Source: an uncultured PS1 clade bacterium (lineage in GTDB: Bacteria > Pseudomonadota > Alphaproteobacteria > MED-G09). From it: DNA of 64,000 bases. Location: positions 67,920 through 131,919 of the forward strand of contig CACBCD010000002.1 in the NCBI GenBank assembly GCA_902537725.1. Reading direction: 5' to 3'. Shown here one piece after another: positions 16,826 through 27,196 of the stretch (position 1 is its first letter; the number at the start of each line of letters is the position of its first letter). The notes beneath the pieces are model-generated. The model ran no database searches and was not told the origin of the DNA. It saw only the letters and a program-made list of their open reading frames with translations. The position numbers were made by a program, and so were the translations under genes.

Positions 16826-18628
16826 CTAATTTTCATCAAACTTAAGTGCTGATATAAATGCATCTTGAGGAATATTTACACTTCCAAACTCGCGCATTCT
16901 TTTCTTTCCTTTCTTTTGCTTTTCTAATAATTTCTTTTTTCGGGTAACGTCACCGCCATATAATTTTTCAGTTACATCTTTTCTAAAAGGCGGTATCGTC
17001 TCTCTTGCAATTACTCTGGCACCAATGGCTGCCTGAACAGGTACTTTGAATTGATGGCGGGGTATCAAATCTTTTAATTTTTTACACATTGTTCTACCAC
17101 GCATATCCGCTCTATCAGCATGTACAATTATTGATAATGCATCAACTGTTTCAGAATTAACTAATATACTCATTTTAACTAATTTTTCTTGCTTATATGT
17201 ATCCATTTGCCAGTCAAAGCTAGCATAGCCACTTGAAATTGATTTAAGTCGATCATAAAAGTCGAACACGACTTCGTTTAGAGGTAAGTCATAAACTACC
17301 ATTGCTCTTGTTCCAGCGTAAGTTAATTCAACTTGATTACCTCTTCTTTCCTCGCATAATTTTAATACTGCGCCCAGATATTCATCAGGTACAAGAATAG
17401 TCGCCTTAATCCATGGTTCCTCAATATAATTTATTAAACTAGGGTCTGGCATATCTGCAGGATTATGAAGGTCAATACATTTCCCATCATTAAGATAAAT
17501 TTTATAAATAACACTTGGAGCGGTAGTAATTAGATCAATATCAAATTCTCTTTCTATTCTCTCTCTTACTATTTCAAGATGAAGAAGGCCTAAAAAGCCA
17601 CATCGAAAACCAAATCCAAGGGCCGCAGAATTTTCTGTTTCGTGCTGAAAACTTGAGTCATTTAAACTAAGTTTTTCTATAGATTCTCTTAAGTCTTCAA
17701 ATTCTCCGCTGTCGACTGGAAATAAGCCACAAAAAACAGATGGTTGTGATGGTCTAAATCCTTTGAGTATTTCTTTACAGGGTCTTTTATCATCAGTTAT
17801 CGTGTCACCTATCTGAGTATCTGATACCGTTTTTATACCAGCGATAATGTAGCCTAATTCGCCAGGTCCTAATTTATTTACTGGTACTTTTTTTGGAGTA
17901 AATACACCAATATCATCAATTTCATAGGTACTGTTTGTACCCATCATTTTTATTTTTTGTCCTTTTGTTAATTCACCATTTAGTACTCTAACCAGAACTA
18001 TTACACCTAAATATGAGTCATACCAACTATCAACGAGTAAAGCTTTTGTTTCTTCAATATCACCACTAGATGGAGGGTTTAATCTCTCTATTAGAGCTTC
18101 AAAAATATCATCTATTCCCTGTCCTGTTTTAGCCGAGACATATATTGCATCTGACGCATCGAGGCCAATAACATCCTCTATTTGCATAGCAACTGTTTCA
18201 GGCTCTGCAGCAGGTAAATCAATTTTATTGATAACAGGAATAATTTCGTGGTTAAGATCGATAGCTTGGTAAACATTTGCAAGTGTTTGAGCTTCAACCC
18301 CTTGTGTTGAGTCAACAACTAATATTGATCCTTCACAGGCTGACAAAGATCTACTAACTTCATAAGCAAAATCAACATGACCAGGAGTATCAATCAAATT
18401 AAGCTGAAAATTCACACCATTTTTATCTTTATAGTTTAACCTTACAGTTTGCGCTTTGATTGTTATTCCTCTCTCTCTTTCAATATCCATGGAGTCTAAG
18501 ACCTGATCTTTCATCTCTCTATCAGTCAGTCCATCACAACTCTGAATTAATCTATCAGCAAGGGTAGATTTACCATGATCAATATGAGCAATAATTGAGA
18601 AATTTCTAATATTTTTAATATCTGTCAT
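16826..18628 (-). CDS. lepA: Elongation factor 4 (LepA)
   Basis: [34 protein letters not shown], and a LepA-specific C-terminus (..[23 protein letters not shown]). Confidence 0.95.
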   Translation of the reverse strand: MTDIKNIRNFSIIAHIDHGKSTLADRLIQSCDGLTDREMKDQVLDSMDIERERGITIKAQTVRLNYKDKNGVNFQLNLIDTPGHVDFAYEVSRSLSACEGSILVVDSTQGVEAQTLANVYQAIDLNHEIIPVINKIDLPAAEPETVAMQIEDVIGLDASDAIYVSAKTGQGIDDIFEALIERLNPPSSGDIEETKALLVDSWYDSYLGVIVLVRVLNGELTKGQKIKMMGTNSTYEIDDIGVFTPKKVPVNKLGPGELGYIIAGIKTVSDTQIGDTITDDKRPCKEILKGFRPSQPSVFCGLFPVDSGEFEDLRESIEKLSLNDSSFQHETENSAALGFGFRCGFLGLLHLEIVRERIEREFDIDLITTAPSVIYKIYLNDGKCIDLHNPADMPDPSLINYIEEPWIKATILVPDEYLGAVLKLCEERRGNQVELTYAGTRAMVVYDLPLNEVVFDFYDRLKSISSGYASFDWQMDTYKQEKLVKMSILVNSETVDALSIIVHADRADMRGRTMCKKLKDLIPRHQFKVPVQAAIGARVIARETIPPFRKDVTEKLYGGDVTRKKKLLEKQKKGKKRMREFGSVNIPQDAFISALKFDEN

Positions 18629-18660
18629 TAATGAAGGTATATCATAAAAATTTTATAAAA

Positions 18661-21042
18661 CTAGCTACGCAATTTTCCTTTCGTTGCGCTTTCTACAGAA
18701 TTGATAACTTTAAGAGAAATATCTTCTAACTCAGAGTCAGTTAAAGTATGATCTGTTTGCTGGATTGTAATTTCAATGGCAATGGATTTATTTTTATCAT
18801 TAAGGAATTGATCAAATATCTTTACGTTTTGTATAAGTTTATTATCAGATTTCATTGCTGCTTCAATAATCGTTTGAGCGCTTACCTCATTATTAACAAC
18901 AAATGAAAAATCCCTTCTTACTGGTTGTAAATTATAAATCTCAGGTGCAGTTTGTATTAATTTTTTATCTAATAATAAGTTTATACAATCTAAAAATATC
19001 TCAAACCCAACCGCTACATTAAGATCTTTTTCTTTAATAATTTTTGGGTGAATTTCACCAAAGTTTGCAATGATTTCTCCTTTTTTTGACAATATTTGAC
19101 CTGATCTTCCTGGATGGTAAAATTTTGGAGCGGAGTTTTTGATTTTAATTTTCTGATTGTTGATACCTATCTCTTCTAAAACCGAAGCAACATCCCTTTT
19201 TGCGTCAAAGACATCTACTTTTTTAGACCCTTGCCAATCTTTTCCAAATCGTTCTAGCTTATAAGTACCAGTTCTTATTCCGGATGCTATCAAAATTTGA
19301 TCGTCCTCACTTTTACCAGAAAAACCAGGGCCCAATTCAAAAATGCCAAGATCTCCATATCCTCTTTTAGAGTTTTCATCAGCAATATTTATTATTGAAG
19401 CAAGAGGTGTTGGTCTCATATCAGATAATTCTTCTGAGATTGGATTGATAATTTTTAAACTATTTTTGCCGCCTCCATAATTTTTTGCATCCTCTTCATT
19501 TATAAATGAATAAGAAATAGTCTCTAACAAGCCTCTTGAGGCAATAGCTCTTCTTATTAGTCTTAAATTTTTTTGTTCATCAGTTAATATAGGCTTTGAA
19601 GGTTGTTGTTTGTTAAGCAAAGGTTCTGATTTTATGTTATTTAGTCCATAAATTCTTACAACTTCTTCAACAATATCTTCATTTATTGAAATATCGGGCC
19701 TCCAAGAAGGTATTGTTATTTCCCAATCTTTTGAAACTTTAAAACCTAAAGAATTTAAAATTTTATTAGTAATTTTATTCTCAATTTTTAGCCCTGTCAT
19801 TTCTCTAACTAATTCGGGTTTAAAGTTAATTTTTTCATTTACGAATTTTCTATTATCAATAAATGATATTTCTCCAGCGCTACCTCCACATAATTCTATT
19901 ATTAAACTAGTTGCATAATCTAAACCTTCTAAAACATATTCAGGATCAACACCTCTTTCAAATCTATACCTTGAATCAGACATCATATTTAACTTTCTTC
20001 CAGTAATTGCGGTTTTGACAGGGTCAAAATAAGCTGACTCAAGAAATATTTCGGTTGTACTCATTGAAGATCCAGAATCTTCTCCACCCATAATACCGCC
20101 AATACCCAGTACTTTTTCATCATCAGCTATTACACACATTTCATTATCTAATTTATAATTTTTACCATCTAAAGCTTGAATTTCTTCACCTTTTTTTGAG
20201 CTTCTAGCACCAATTTTTTTTGAGATTTTTTTTAAATCATAGACGTGAAGTGGTCTGCCTTTATCAAAATTTATATAATTTGTAATATCAACTAAACAAT
20301 TTACCGATCTTAAGCCAATAGCCTCAAGTTTATTTACTAACCATTCAGGACTTTTAGTATTTTTTACATTTCTTATTATTCTTCCAGAGAAAATTGAACA
20401 TGCATCATCTTTATTTTTATAATCAAGAAATATTGGAAATTTTTCTTTAGAAACAGATATCTCTTTTTTATCTCTATTAACAAGCTCACCAACACCTGCT
20501 GCTGCTAAATCTCTTGCTATCCCATAAACACCAAGACAGTCTGGTCTATTTGGTGTAATAGCTATTTCGATTTGAGTATCATTTAAATTTAATTCATCAG
20601 CTATAGATTTACCGGGTTTTAAATTATTAGATATCTCGGCGATTCCTTCAGAGTCTTCACCTAAGCGTAACTCTTTTTTTGAACATAGCATTCCAGAAGA
20701 TTCGATACCTCTAATCTTTGCTTTTTTTAATTTAAAACCAGAATCTGGAATAGTACTACCAACAGGTGCGTATATAGTTGTTAAACCTTCTCTTGCATTT
20801 TTTGCGCCACAAACCACTTCAATTTTTTCTTCACCAATATCTACTAGACACAATTGAAGTCTATCTGCATTTGGATGTTTTTTTGTAGAAATAATTTTTG
20901 CTACTTTGAAGTCTTTATATACAGAATTCTGATCGAAAGCTTCTTCTACCTCTAAACCAATATTTGTAAGGGTTTCTAGTATAGTATTTATATCTTTATC
21001 TGTTTTTAGATATTCTTTTAACCAAGATAGAGTAAATTTCAT
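18661..21042 (-). CDS. pheT: Phenylalanine--tRNA ligase beta subunit
   Basis: MKFTLSWLKEYL N-terminus; tRNA-binding, B3/4, B5 and FDX-ACB domain order; overlaps pheS by 4 nt. Confidence 0.95.
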   Translation of the reverse strand: MKFTLSWLKEYLKTDKDINTILETLTNIGLEVEEAFDQNSVYKDFKVAKIISTKKHPNADRLQLCLVDIGEEKIEVVCGAKNAREGLTTIYAPVGSTIPDSGFKLKKAKIRGIESSGMLCSKKELRLGEDSEGIAEISNNLKPGKSIADELNLNDTQIEIAITPNRPDCLGVYGIARDLAAAGVGELVNRDKKEISVSKEKFPIFLDYKNKDDACSIFSGRIIRNVKNTKSPEWLVNKLEAIGLRSVNCLVDITNYINFDKGRPLHVYDLKKISKKIGARSSKKGEEIQALDGKNYKLDNEMCVIADDEKVLGIGGIMGGEDSGSSMSTTEIFLESAYFDPVKTAITGRKLNMMSDSRYRFERGVDPEYVLEGLDYATSLIIELCGGSAGEISFIDNRKFVNEKINFKPELVREMTGLKIENKITNKILNSLGFKVSKDWEITIPSWRPDISINEDIVEEVVRIYGLNNIKSEPLLNKQQPSKPILTDEQKNLRLIRRAIASRGLLETISYSFINEEDAKNYGGGKNSLKIINPISEELSDMRPTPLASIINIADENSKRGYGDLGIFELGPGFSGKSEDDQILIASGIRTGTYKLERFGKDWQGSKKVDVFDAKRDVASVLEEIGINNQKIKIKNSAPKFYHPGRSGQILSKKGEIIANFGEIHPKIIKEKDLNVAVGFEIFLDCINLLLDKKLIQTAPEIYNLQPVRRDFSFVVNNEVSAQTIIEAAMKSDNKLIQNVKIFDQFLNDKNKSIAIEITIQQTDHTLTDSELEDISLKVINSVESATKGKLRS

Positions 21043-22130
21043 TTTTTTAGACCTCTCGAAAGAGTAGGTAAATCAAGAAATGAGAATCCATAGTGACTCA
21101 ACCATCTAATATCACCGTTAAAGAATGTTCTTAAATCAGGAATTCCATATTTTAATTGGGCTAATCTATCAACGCCAAGACCAAAAGCAAAACCTTGATA
21201 TTTACTGGGATCAATATTTGAGGATCTTAAAACCTTAGGGTGAACCATTCCTGCTCCTGCAACTTCAAGCCAATCGGAGCCTTCACCTATTTTAAGAACT
21301 GGACCAGATCTATCACATAATACATCAACCTCTAATGATGGTTCAGTAAAAGGAAAGTAACTTGGTCTTAATTGAATTTCTATATTATCTAATTCAAAAA
21401 ATGATTTAAAGAATGTTTCCAAAGTCCATTTTAAGTGTCCAAGATGAGTCTTTTCATCAACAACTAAACCCTCTATTTGATGAAACATTGGCGTATGGGT
21501 TTGATCAGAATCACATCTATATGTTCTACCAGGCGAAATAAACTTAAAAGGTGGTTTACCTTTTTCCATAGTTCTTACTTGAACAGGACTTGTATGAGTT
21601 CTTAGAACATATTTTTCTTTTGTATTGTCATTGTTTAAATAAAAAGTATCATGCATTTGTCTGGCAGGATGTGACTCAGGGATATTTAGAGCGTTAAAAT
21701 TATAGTGTTCAGTTTCAATATCTGGACCTTCTGATATTTTATAACCTAAGGAACCAAATATTTCAGAAATTTCATCAAGAACTTGTGATACAGGGTGTAT
21801 TTTACCATACTTTGATTGGTTGACTTGAACAGGCAGTGTGACATCAATCTTTTCTTCTAATAATTGTTTTTCTAATTCGATATTAGCTAGTTCAATTTTC
21901 TTTAAAGAAATAGCTTCAGAGATATTTTTTTTTAAAATATTTAGCTTGGAGCCTTGCTCCTTTCTATCCTCAGGACTGAGTTTTGACAAATCCTTCATTA
22001 AAAGAGAAATCTTACCTTTTTTACCAAGCTCAGCAATACGGATTTTTTCAAGAGAGTCTTGATTTTCTGCAACAGAGATTTTTTTTAAAATCTCTTTCTC
22101 TAATGTTTCAGAATAAGTCATAAGTTTCAC
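21039..22130 (-). CDS. pheS: Phenylalanine--tRNA ligase alpha subunit
   Basis: Class II motifs (HPARQMHDTFY; FKFISPGRTYRCD; GFAFGLGVDRL). Confidence 0.95.
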   Translation of the reverse strand: MKLMTYSETLEKEILKKISVAENQDSLEKIRIAELGKKGKISLLMKDLSKLSPEDRKEQGSKLNILKKNISEAISLKKIELANIELEKQLLEEKIDVTLPVQVNQSKYGKIHPVSQVLDEISEIFGSLGYKISEGPDIETEHYNFNALNIPESHPARQMHDTFYLNNDNTKEKYVLRTHTSPVQVRTMEKGKPPFKFISPGRTYRCDSDQTHTPMFHQIEGLVVDEKTHLGHLKWTLETFFKSFFELDNIEIQLRPSYFPFTEPSLEVDVLCDRSGPVLKIGEGSDWLEVAGAGMVHPKVLRSSNIDPSKYQGFAFGLGVDRLAQLKYGIPDLRTFFNGDIRWLSHYGFSFLDLPTLSRGLKK

Positions 22131-22179
22131 CCAAGAACTATAAAAGCATTAAATAAATGATTTTAAAACAAATTTAGTT

Positions 22180-22536
22180 TTATTTTAATGTAGATTGAGC
22201 TTTTTCAACTAATTTCTGAAAACCTGCAGCATCTGACACAGCTAACTCTGCCAAAACTTTTCTATCAATTTCAATACCTGCCTTCGATAGTCCATTTATG
22301 AATTGTCCATATGTTGAGCCGTTAAGTCTTGCAGCAGCATTAATTCTTTGAATCCATAAGGATCTAAAACTTCTTTTTCTTGCTTTTCTATCCCTATAAG
22401 CATACTGCCCAGCTTTTTCAACAGCTTGGTTAGCAATCCTAAAAGTATTTTTTCTTCTTCCCCAATAGCCCTTCGCACTTTTGATAACTTTTCTATGCCT
22501 TGCATGGCTTGCTGGTCCACCTTTTACTCTAGCCAT
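22180..22536 (-). CDS. rplT: 50S ribosomal protein L20
   Basis: [30 protein letters not shown]... Confidence 0.95.
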   Translation of the reverse strand: MARVKGGPASHARHRKVIKSAKGYWGRRKNTFRIANQAVEKAGQYAYRDRKARKRSFRSLWIQRINAAARLNGSTYGQFINGLSKAGIEIDRKVLAELAVSDAAGFQKLVEKAQSTLK

Positions 22537-22546
22537 CTATCTCTCC

Positions 22547-22744
22547 TTAAGCGTATGGCAGGAATTTTTTTACTATCCTGCTGTCAGAATTGGAAAGAAC
22601 AGTAGTTCCTCTTTTATTCCGGATTTGTTTAGGGGTTCTTTTAATCATGCCATGCCTTTTGCCAGCCTGAGCACGAGTAACTTTACCTGAAGCGGTAAGT
22701 TTAAAGCGTTTTTTAGCTCCGCTTTTTGTTTTTAATTTGGGCAT
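22547..22744 (-). CDS. rpmI: 50S ribosomal protein L35
   Basis: I place the start at the internal ATG, giving [22 protein letters not shown].., preceded by AGGAGAA. The 18-codon upstream extension in the ORF track (to 22798) is not L35-like. Confidence 0.9.
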   Translation of the reverse strand: MPKLKTKSGAKKRFKLTASGKVTRAQAGKRHGMIKRTPKQIRNKRGTTVLSNSDSRIVKKFLPYA

Positions 22745-22870
22745 TTTGCATTCTCCTGTATTTATATAATTAAAGGAATAAGCTTTATAGATAAACACGG
22801 CATGCCCTGCCGGATCATCCAGTGAAGATTATTTATATCACTTTTATAAATAATTCAACCAAAGAAGTAA

Positions 22871-23407
22871 TTATCTTGGTGCCAAGACCATAATCATTTG
22901 TCTTCCTTCAAATTTAGGATTTAGCTCTACTTTAGCTATAGGATCAATTTCTTCTTTAACTTTTTGTAAAAGATCAGCTCCTCTATTTTGATGTGCCATT
23001 TCCCGCCCTCGAAATCTAAGTGTAATTTTAACCTTATCGCCTTCGTTTAAAAATTTTTGTACACTTCTCATTTTTACTTGGTAGTCATGAACGTCGATAT
23101 TAGGACGAAGTTTAATTTCTTTAATATCAATTGTTTTTTGTTTTTTCTTTGCTTGATTAGCTTTTTTTTGGCTTTCATATTTATACTTGCCATAATCCAT
23201 TACCTTACAAACAGGTGGATTTGTTTTTGGAGAGATTTCAACTAGATCTAATCCTTGTTCTTTTGATATTTCTATTGCTTGAGGTGTAGGTATGTTGCCT
23301 TTTTTTTCACCAGATGAATCTATTAGCAGGACTTCCTCTGCTGTGATTTGATCATTGACACGTGGTCCTTTTGAGGATGGTGGCGTCGAGTTATATTGTC
23401 TACTTAT
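22871..23407 (-). CDS. infC: Translation initiation factor IF-3, full length (178 aa) with a non-AUG (AUA) start
   Basis: The ORF track reports only the C-terminal 109 aa, from the internal Met at 23200. The same frame stays open 69 codons further upstream and encodes the IF-3 N-domain: ..[65 protein letters not shown]. The frame opens just after an in-frame TAA. The only near-cognate start codon is ATA at 23407..23405, 8 nt downstream of AGGAG. Confidence 0.85.
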   Translation of the reverse strand: MSRQYNSTPPSSKGPRVNDQITAEEVLLIDSSGEKKGNIPTPQAIEISKEQGLDLVEISPKTNPPVCKVMDYGKYKYESQKKANQAKKKQKTIDIKEIKLRPNIDVHDYQVKMRSVQKFLNEGDKVKITLRFRGREMAHQNRGADLLQKVKEEIDPIAKVELNPKFEGRQMIMVLAPR

Positions 23408-23471
23408 GGAAACGTCTCCTTATTTAATAATTAATCTAAGATTGCCTTCTAAAAATATGATGTCAAGAAAT

Positions 23472-24647
23472 TCATTCAGAAATTAACAATCTTTTATAAA
23501 CTTCTAATGTCTTTTTGCACATATTTTCAAGTGAAAAATTATTTTTAACATTTGAAATAGCCCTTTCATGCATTTTAGTTAAGTCTTTTTTATCCATTGT
23601 GATAGATTGCTTAATTGCTATTGATAAAGCTTGTGGATCGTTAGGTTTAACTTTAAAGCCCGTAAAATTATTACCATTTTTAATTGTATCCTTAACAGCG
23701 CCATGATCAGAGGCTATAATAGTTTTTCCGGCAGCTTGGGCTTCTATAGGAATTCTCCCAAAGGGTTCAGGCTCTATTGATGGTGATAAAACTATATCCG
23801 AAGCAAGATAAGCAAGTGGCATATTTTCTATTCTTTCAACTAATTTAATATTTTCTTGCAACTTAAATTTAGTAATTATGGAATTTAATTTTTTAATATA
23901 ATTTTCTGCGCCTGCTTTTTCTCCTGCGAATAAAAAAATAACATGATCAAAAAATTTTTCTTTTTTTAATAGATTTATTGCCTCTATTGTTACCAAATGT
24001 CCTTTCCATCTAGTTAGCCTAGCAGGAAATAATATAATTATTTTGTTATCATCAACGGACCACATTTTTCTCATATTGCTAATTTCTGTATTAGAAAATT
24101 TTGATCTTTCGAATGACTCAACATTAACCCCCCTAGAAATAATATCTATTTTATTTAAATCTATATTATAAATTTTAGAAATTCTCTCAGCAGTGTAAGC
24201 AGAATTAGCTATAACGGCATCGCCTTTTAACATTATTGAGTTATATATTTTTTTTATAAAAGAAGAATTACTCACATGACCATGCCAGGTTGTTAATACT
24301 GGTATACCGATTTTCTTTGCAGCAAAAATTGCAGACCACGCCGGAGCCCTTGATCTAACATGAATCAAGTCAATTTTCTTTTCTCTAAAAATTTTTATAA
24401 ATAGAAAAAAATTTTTTATTATCGAGTAAGGATTTTTTTTATCAATTTTTAATTTTATTACTTCTATATTTTCCTTCTCAAGTTCACCTATAAGCTTTCC
24501 TCCTGATGTTAAGACAAGTGAGGAAAATTCTGTATCTTTAAGAAAACTAGTTATTTCTAAAACAGTTCTTTCTGCCCCACCTATTTCCATATTTGGAATT
24601 ATTTGTAGAATTCTTTTATTTTTATAATTAAGATTTGATTCTGACAT
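23472..24647 (-). CDS. Glycosyltransferase family 4 (GT-B fold)
   Basis: N-terminus IGGAERTV. C-terminal EX7E-type region SIEPEPFGRIPIEAQAAGKTIIASDHGA. Confidence 0.75.
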   Translation of the reverse strand: MSESNLNYKNKRILQIIPNMEIGGAERTVLEITSFLKDTEFSSLVLTSGGKLIGELEKENIEVIKLKIDKKNPYSIIKNFFLFIKIFREKKIDLIHVRSRAPAWSAIFAAKKIGIPVLTTWHGHVSNSSFIKKIYNSIMLKGDAVIANSAYTAERISKIYNIDLNKIDIISRGVNVESFERSKFSNTEISNMRKMWSVDDNKIIILFPARLTRWKGHLVTIEAINLLKKEKFFDHVIFLFAGEKAGAENYIKKLNSIITKFKLQENIKLVERIENMPLAYLASDIVLSPSIEPEPFGRIPIEAQAAGKTIIASDHGAVKDTIKNGNNFTGFKVKPNDPQALSIAIKQSITMDKKDLTKMHERAISNVKNNFSLENMCKKTLEVYKRLLISE

Positions 24648-24660
24648 ATATTGTAAACCT

Positions 24661-25419
24661 ATGAAAAAAATACATGATACATTAAAAACCGTAAATGATA
24701 ATTCTTTAGCCTATATTTATAATTATAGTTCTAAAAATAAATATAATCTTATATGGTTTGGTGGTTTAAATTCTGATATGTACGGGACTAAAGCAGAAGC
24801 TATTTCCGAATATGCAGATTTAAATAATTATAATTTTTGTCGGTTTGATTACTCAGGGCACGGACTTTCATCTGGTAGTTTTGAGGATTTTAATATCTCA
24901 GATTGGTTAAACGATAGTATTAATATTTTAGATAATATTTGTAATGGACAACAAATCTTTATTGGCTCATCTATGGGCGGTTGGATTTCATTATTATTAG
25001 CTCTTGAAAGAAAAAAAAGGGTTAGTGGCTTAGTTTTAATTGCGCCAGCAGTTGATATGACGGAAATACTCATGTGGAACAATTTTAGTGATAATGAAAA
25101 AAATATGATCAGTAAAAAGGGGTATTTAGAGATTTTTTCTGATGAGTATCCTCCATATAAAATCACTAAAAATCTTATAGATGATGGAAGAAAATATTTA
25201 TTAATGAATCAACAAATTTCTTTAGATTGTCCTGTGAATATTATCCACGGTATAAAAGATGAGGCTGTTCCATGGGAATTATCTATAGAGCTGTCTAAGA
25301 AAATCTCATCTAATTCTTTAACTCAATCATTTATAAAAGATGGAGATCACGGACTTTCCCGTCCTACGGATCTTGAATATATATTTTTCTCAATAGAGCA
25401 GATTATCAAGAAAATATAA
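24661..25419 (+). CDS. Alpha/beta-fold hydrolase
   Basis: Nucleophile elbow GSSMGGW. Distal Asp and His candidates (IHGIKDEAVP; DGDHGL). Confidence 0.7.
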   Translation: MKKIHDTLKTVNDNSLAYIYNYSSKNKYNLIWFGGLNSDMYGTKAEAISEYADLNNYNFCRFDYSGHGLSSGSFEDFNISDWLNDSINILDNICNGQQIFIGSSMGGWISLLLALERKKRVSGLVLIAPAVDMTEILMWNNFSDNEKNMISKKGYLEIFSDEYPPYKITKNLIDDGRKYLLMNQQISLDCPVNIIHGIKDEAVPWELSIELSKKISSNSLTQSFIKDGDHGLSRPTDLEYIFFSIEQIIKKI

Positions 25420-25424
25420 TTATT

Positions 25425-26564
25425 TTAGTTTATCCATTCTTTTATTACATCTTGATTTTTTTCTTTTGATAATGAAATTTCTCTAATTTTTTTTAGCTCC
25501 TCTCCATCAGTAATTTGATTTAGGGCCCAAATAGCTGCTCCTCTAACAATGGGCGACTTATCAAATATATTTTTACTTATTTGATCTTTTGCATCTTTTA
25601 ATTTTGCATTTCCTATAGCTATTAAAACATTTCTTAAAAATCTATCTCTACCTATTCGCTTAATAGGGGATTTTGAAAACATTTTTCTAAAACTATAATC
25701 ATCAAGAAGTGATAATTTCTTTAAATCATATAATTCGTTTTTATTTCTTTGTTTAAATTTTATTTCCTTCGATTCTTTTGCAAATTTATTCCATGGACAA
25801 ACAGCCAAACAATCATCACAGCCATAAATTCTATTCCCAATTTTCGATCTCAGATGAACTGGAATAATACCTTTATGCTCTATTGTGAGATACGAAATAC
25901 ATTTTCTAGCATCTAACTTATAAGGCTCTACAAAAGCATTGGTAGGACAAACTTCAATACAATTATTACAATTCCCACAATGATCATTTTCTTCAGTATC
26001 AATTTCTAAATCTAGGTTAGTGAATATTGACGCTAGAAATAACCATGACCCATAATCTCTTGATACTAAATTTGTGTGTTTGCCTTGCCAACCTAAACCA
26101 GCTTTTTGTGCAAGTGGTTTTTCCATTATTGGGGCTGTATCAATGAAAACTTTGATTTCTGAATTAGTTTGACTCACAATCCATCTTCCAAATTTTTTCA
26201 AATTTTTTTTTATTACATCGTGATAATCATCTCCTCTTGCGTAAACAGATATATTACCCACATCTTTTACTTTTAGGTTATTCATTGGGTCATGATCAGG
26301 GGCATAATTTACTCCAAGAACAATTATGCTCTTTACATCCTGCCAAATTTTTTTGGGAGATAATCTTCTTTCTAAATTTTTCTCTAGCCAATCCATATCA
26401 CCGTGGAAATTATTATTTAGAAAATCTTTTATATAACGATGATCTTTCTTATGAATTTCTGGTTCAGTAATTTTGATTATATCAAATCCAAATTCTTTTG
26501 ATTTTTTTTGTATTTTCTCTTTAGAAATCGAGGAGAGCATAATTTCCTCTTGGTGGAATTCCAA
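25425..26564 (-). CDS. queG: Epoxyqueuosine reductase QueG
   Basis: Two 4Fe-4S motifs (CGNCNNCIEVCPTNAF; CDDCLAVCPWNKF) and a C-terminal HEAT-like repeat (SPIVRGAAIWAL). The start is uncertain (26564 or the ATG at 26540). With either start it overlaps the upstream GST gene. Confidence 0.85.
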   Translation of the reverse strand: MEFHQEEIMLSSISKEKIQKKSKEFGFDIIKITEPEIHKKDHRYIKDFLNNNFHGDMDWLEKNLERRLSPKKIWQDVKSIIVLGVNYAPDHDPMNNLKVKDVGNISVYARGDDYHDVIKKNLKKFGRWIVSQTNSEIKVFIDTAPIMEKPLAQKAGLGWQGKHTNLVSRDYGSWLFLASIFTNLDLEIDTEENDHCGNCNNCIEVCPTNAFVEPYKLDARKCISYLTIEHKGIIPVHLRSKIGNRIYGCDDCLAVCPWNKFAKESKEIKFKQRNKNELYDLKKLSLLDDYSFRKMFSKSPIKRIGRDRFLRNVLIAIGNAKLKDAKDQISKNIFDKSPIVRGAAIWALNQITDGEELKKIREISLSKEKNQDVIKEWIN

Positions 26565-27192
26565 TAATTTTATCTGTAAGGATTGATCTAAAGCTTGGTC
26601 TACTTTTTATTCGTGAGTACCAGTGTTTTATTTCAGGAAATTTTTCCCAAGGCATATCACCTAAATAATCTATACAGGAAATATGTGCGGCAGCAGTTAA
26701 ATCTGCTAGTTCAATTTTACTATTAACTAACCAAAATCTCCTTTCCAGAAGAAATTCAAAATATTTTAAGTGATTATTTAGGTTGTTTTTAGCTAATCGA
26801 ATATTATCCGTATTAGGTAATCCTCCGCCTTTTTCAAGTGACCTAAATCTTTTTTCTACTCTTTCATTTATAATGATCTTACTTACTTCTATGTGGAATT
26901 TATTATCAAACCAATCAATCAATCTTCTATTTTCGGCTCTATTAGAAAGGTCTTTTGGAAGAGTATCCTTAAATTTATTTTCTATATATTCAGAGATTGC
27001 ATAATGGCCGCAAAATTTGTTTCCCTCATATAACATTACAGGAACTTCTCCTGATGGATTTAATTTTATAAATTCCTTTCTATTTTCCCAAAACCTTTCA
27101 ACTATAAGATCAGCACCGATCTTTTGCTCTCCTAAAAAGAGTCTAATTTTTCTACTAAAAGGACATAAGGGATAATGGTATAAAGTTGTCAT
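26521..27192 (-). CDS. Glutathione S-transferase family protein
   Basis: Thioredoxin-like N-terminal domain (LYHYPLCPFSRKIRLFL .. GEVPVM) and a helical C-terminal domain. Confidence 0.7.
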   Translation of the reverse strand: MTTLYHYPLCPFSRKIRLFLGEQKIGADLIVERFWENRKEFIKLNPSGEVPVMLYEGNKFCGHYAISEYIENKFKDTLPKDLSNRAENRRLIDWFDNKFHIEVSKIIINERVEKRFRSLEKGGGLPNTDNIRLAKNNLNNHLKYFEFLLERRFWLVNSKIELADLTAAAHISCIDYLGDMPWEKFPEIKHWYSRIKSRPSFRSILTDKIIGIPPRGNYALLDF

Positions 27193-27196
27193 TTTT

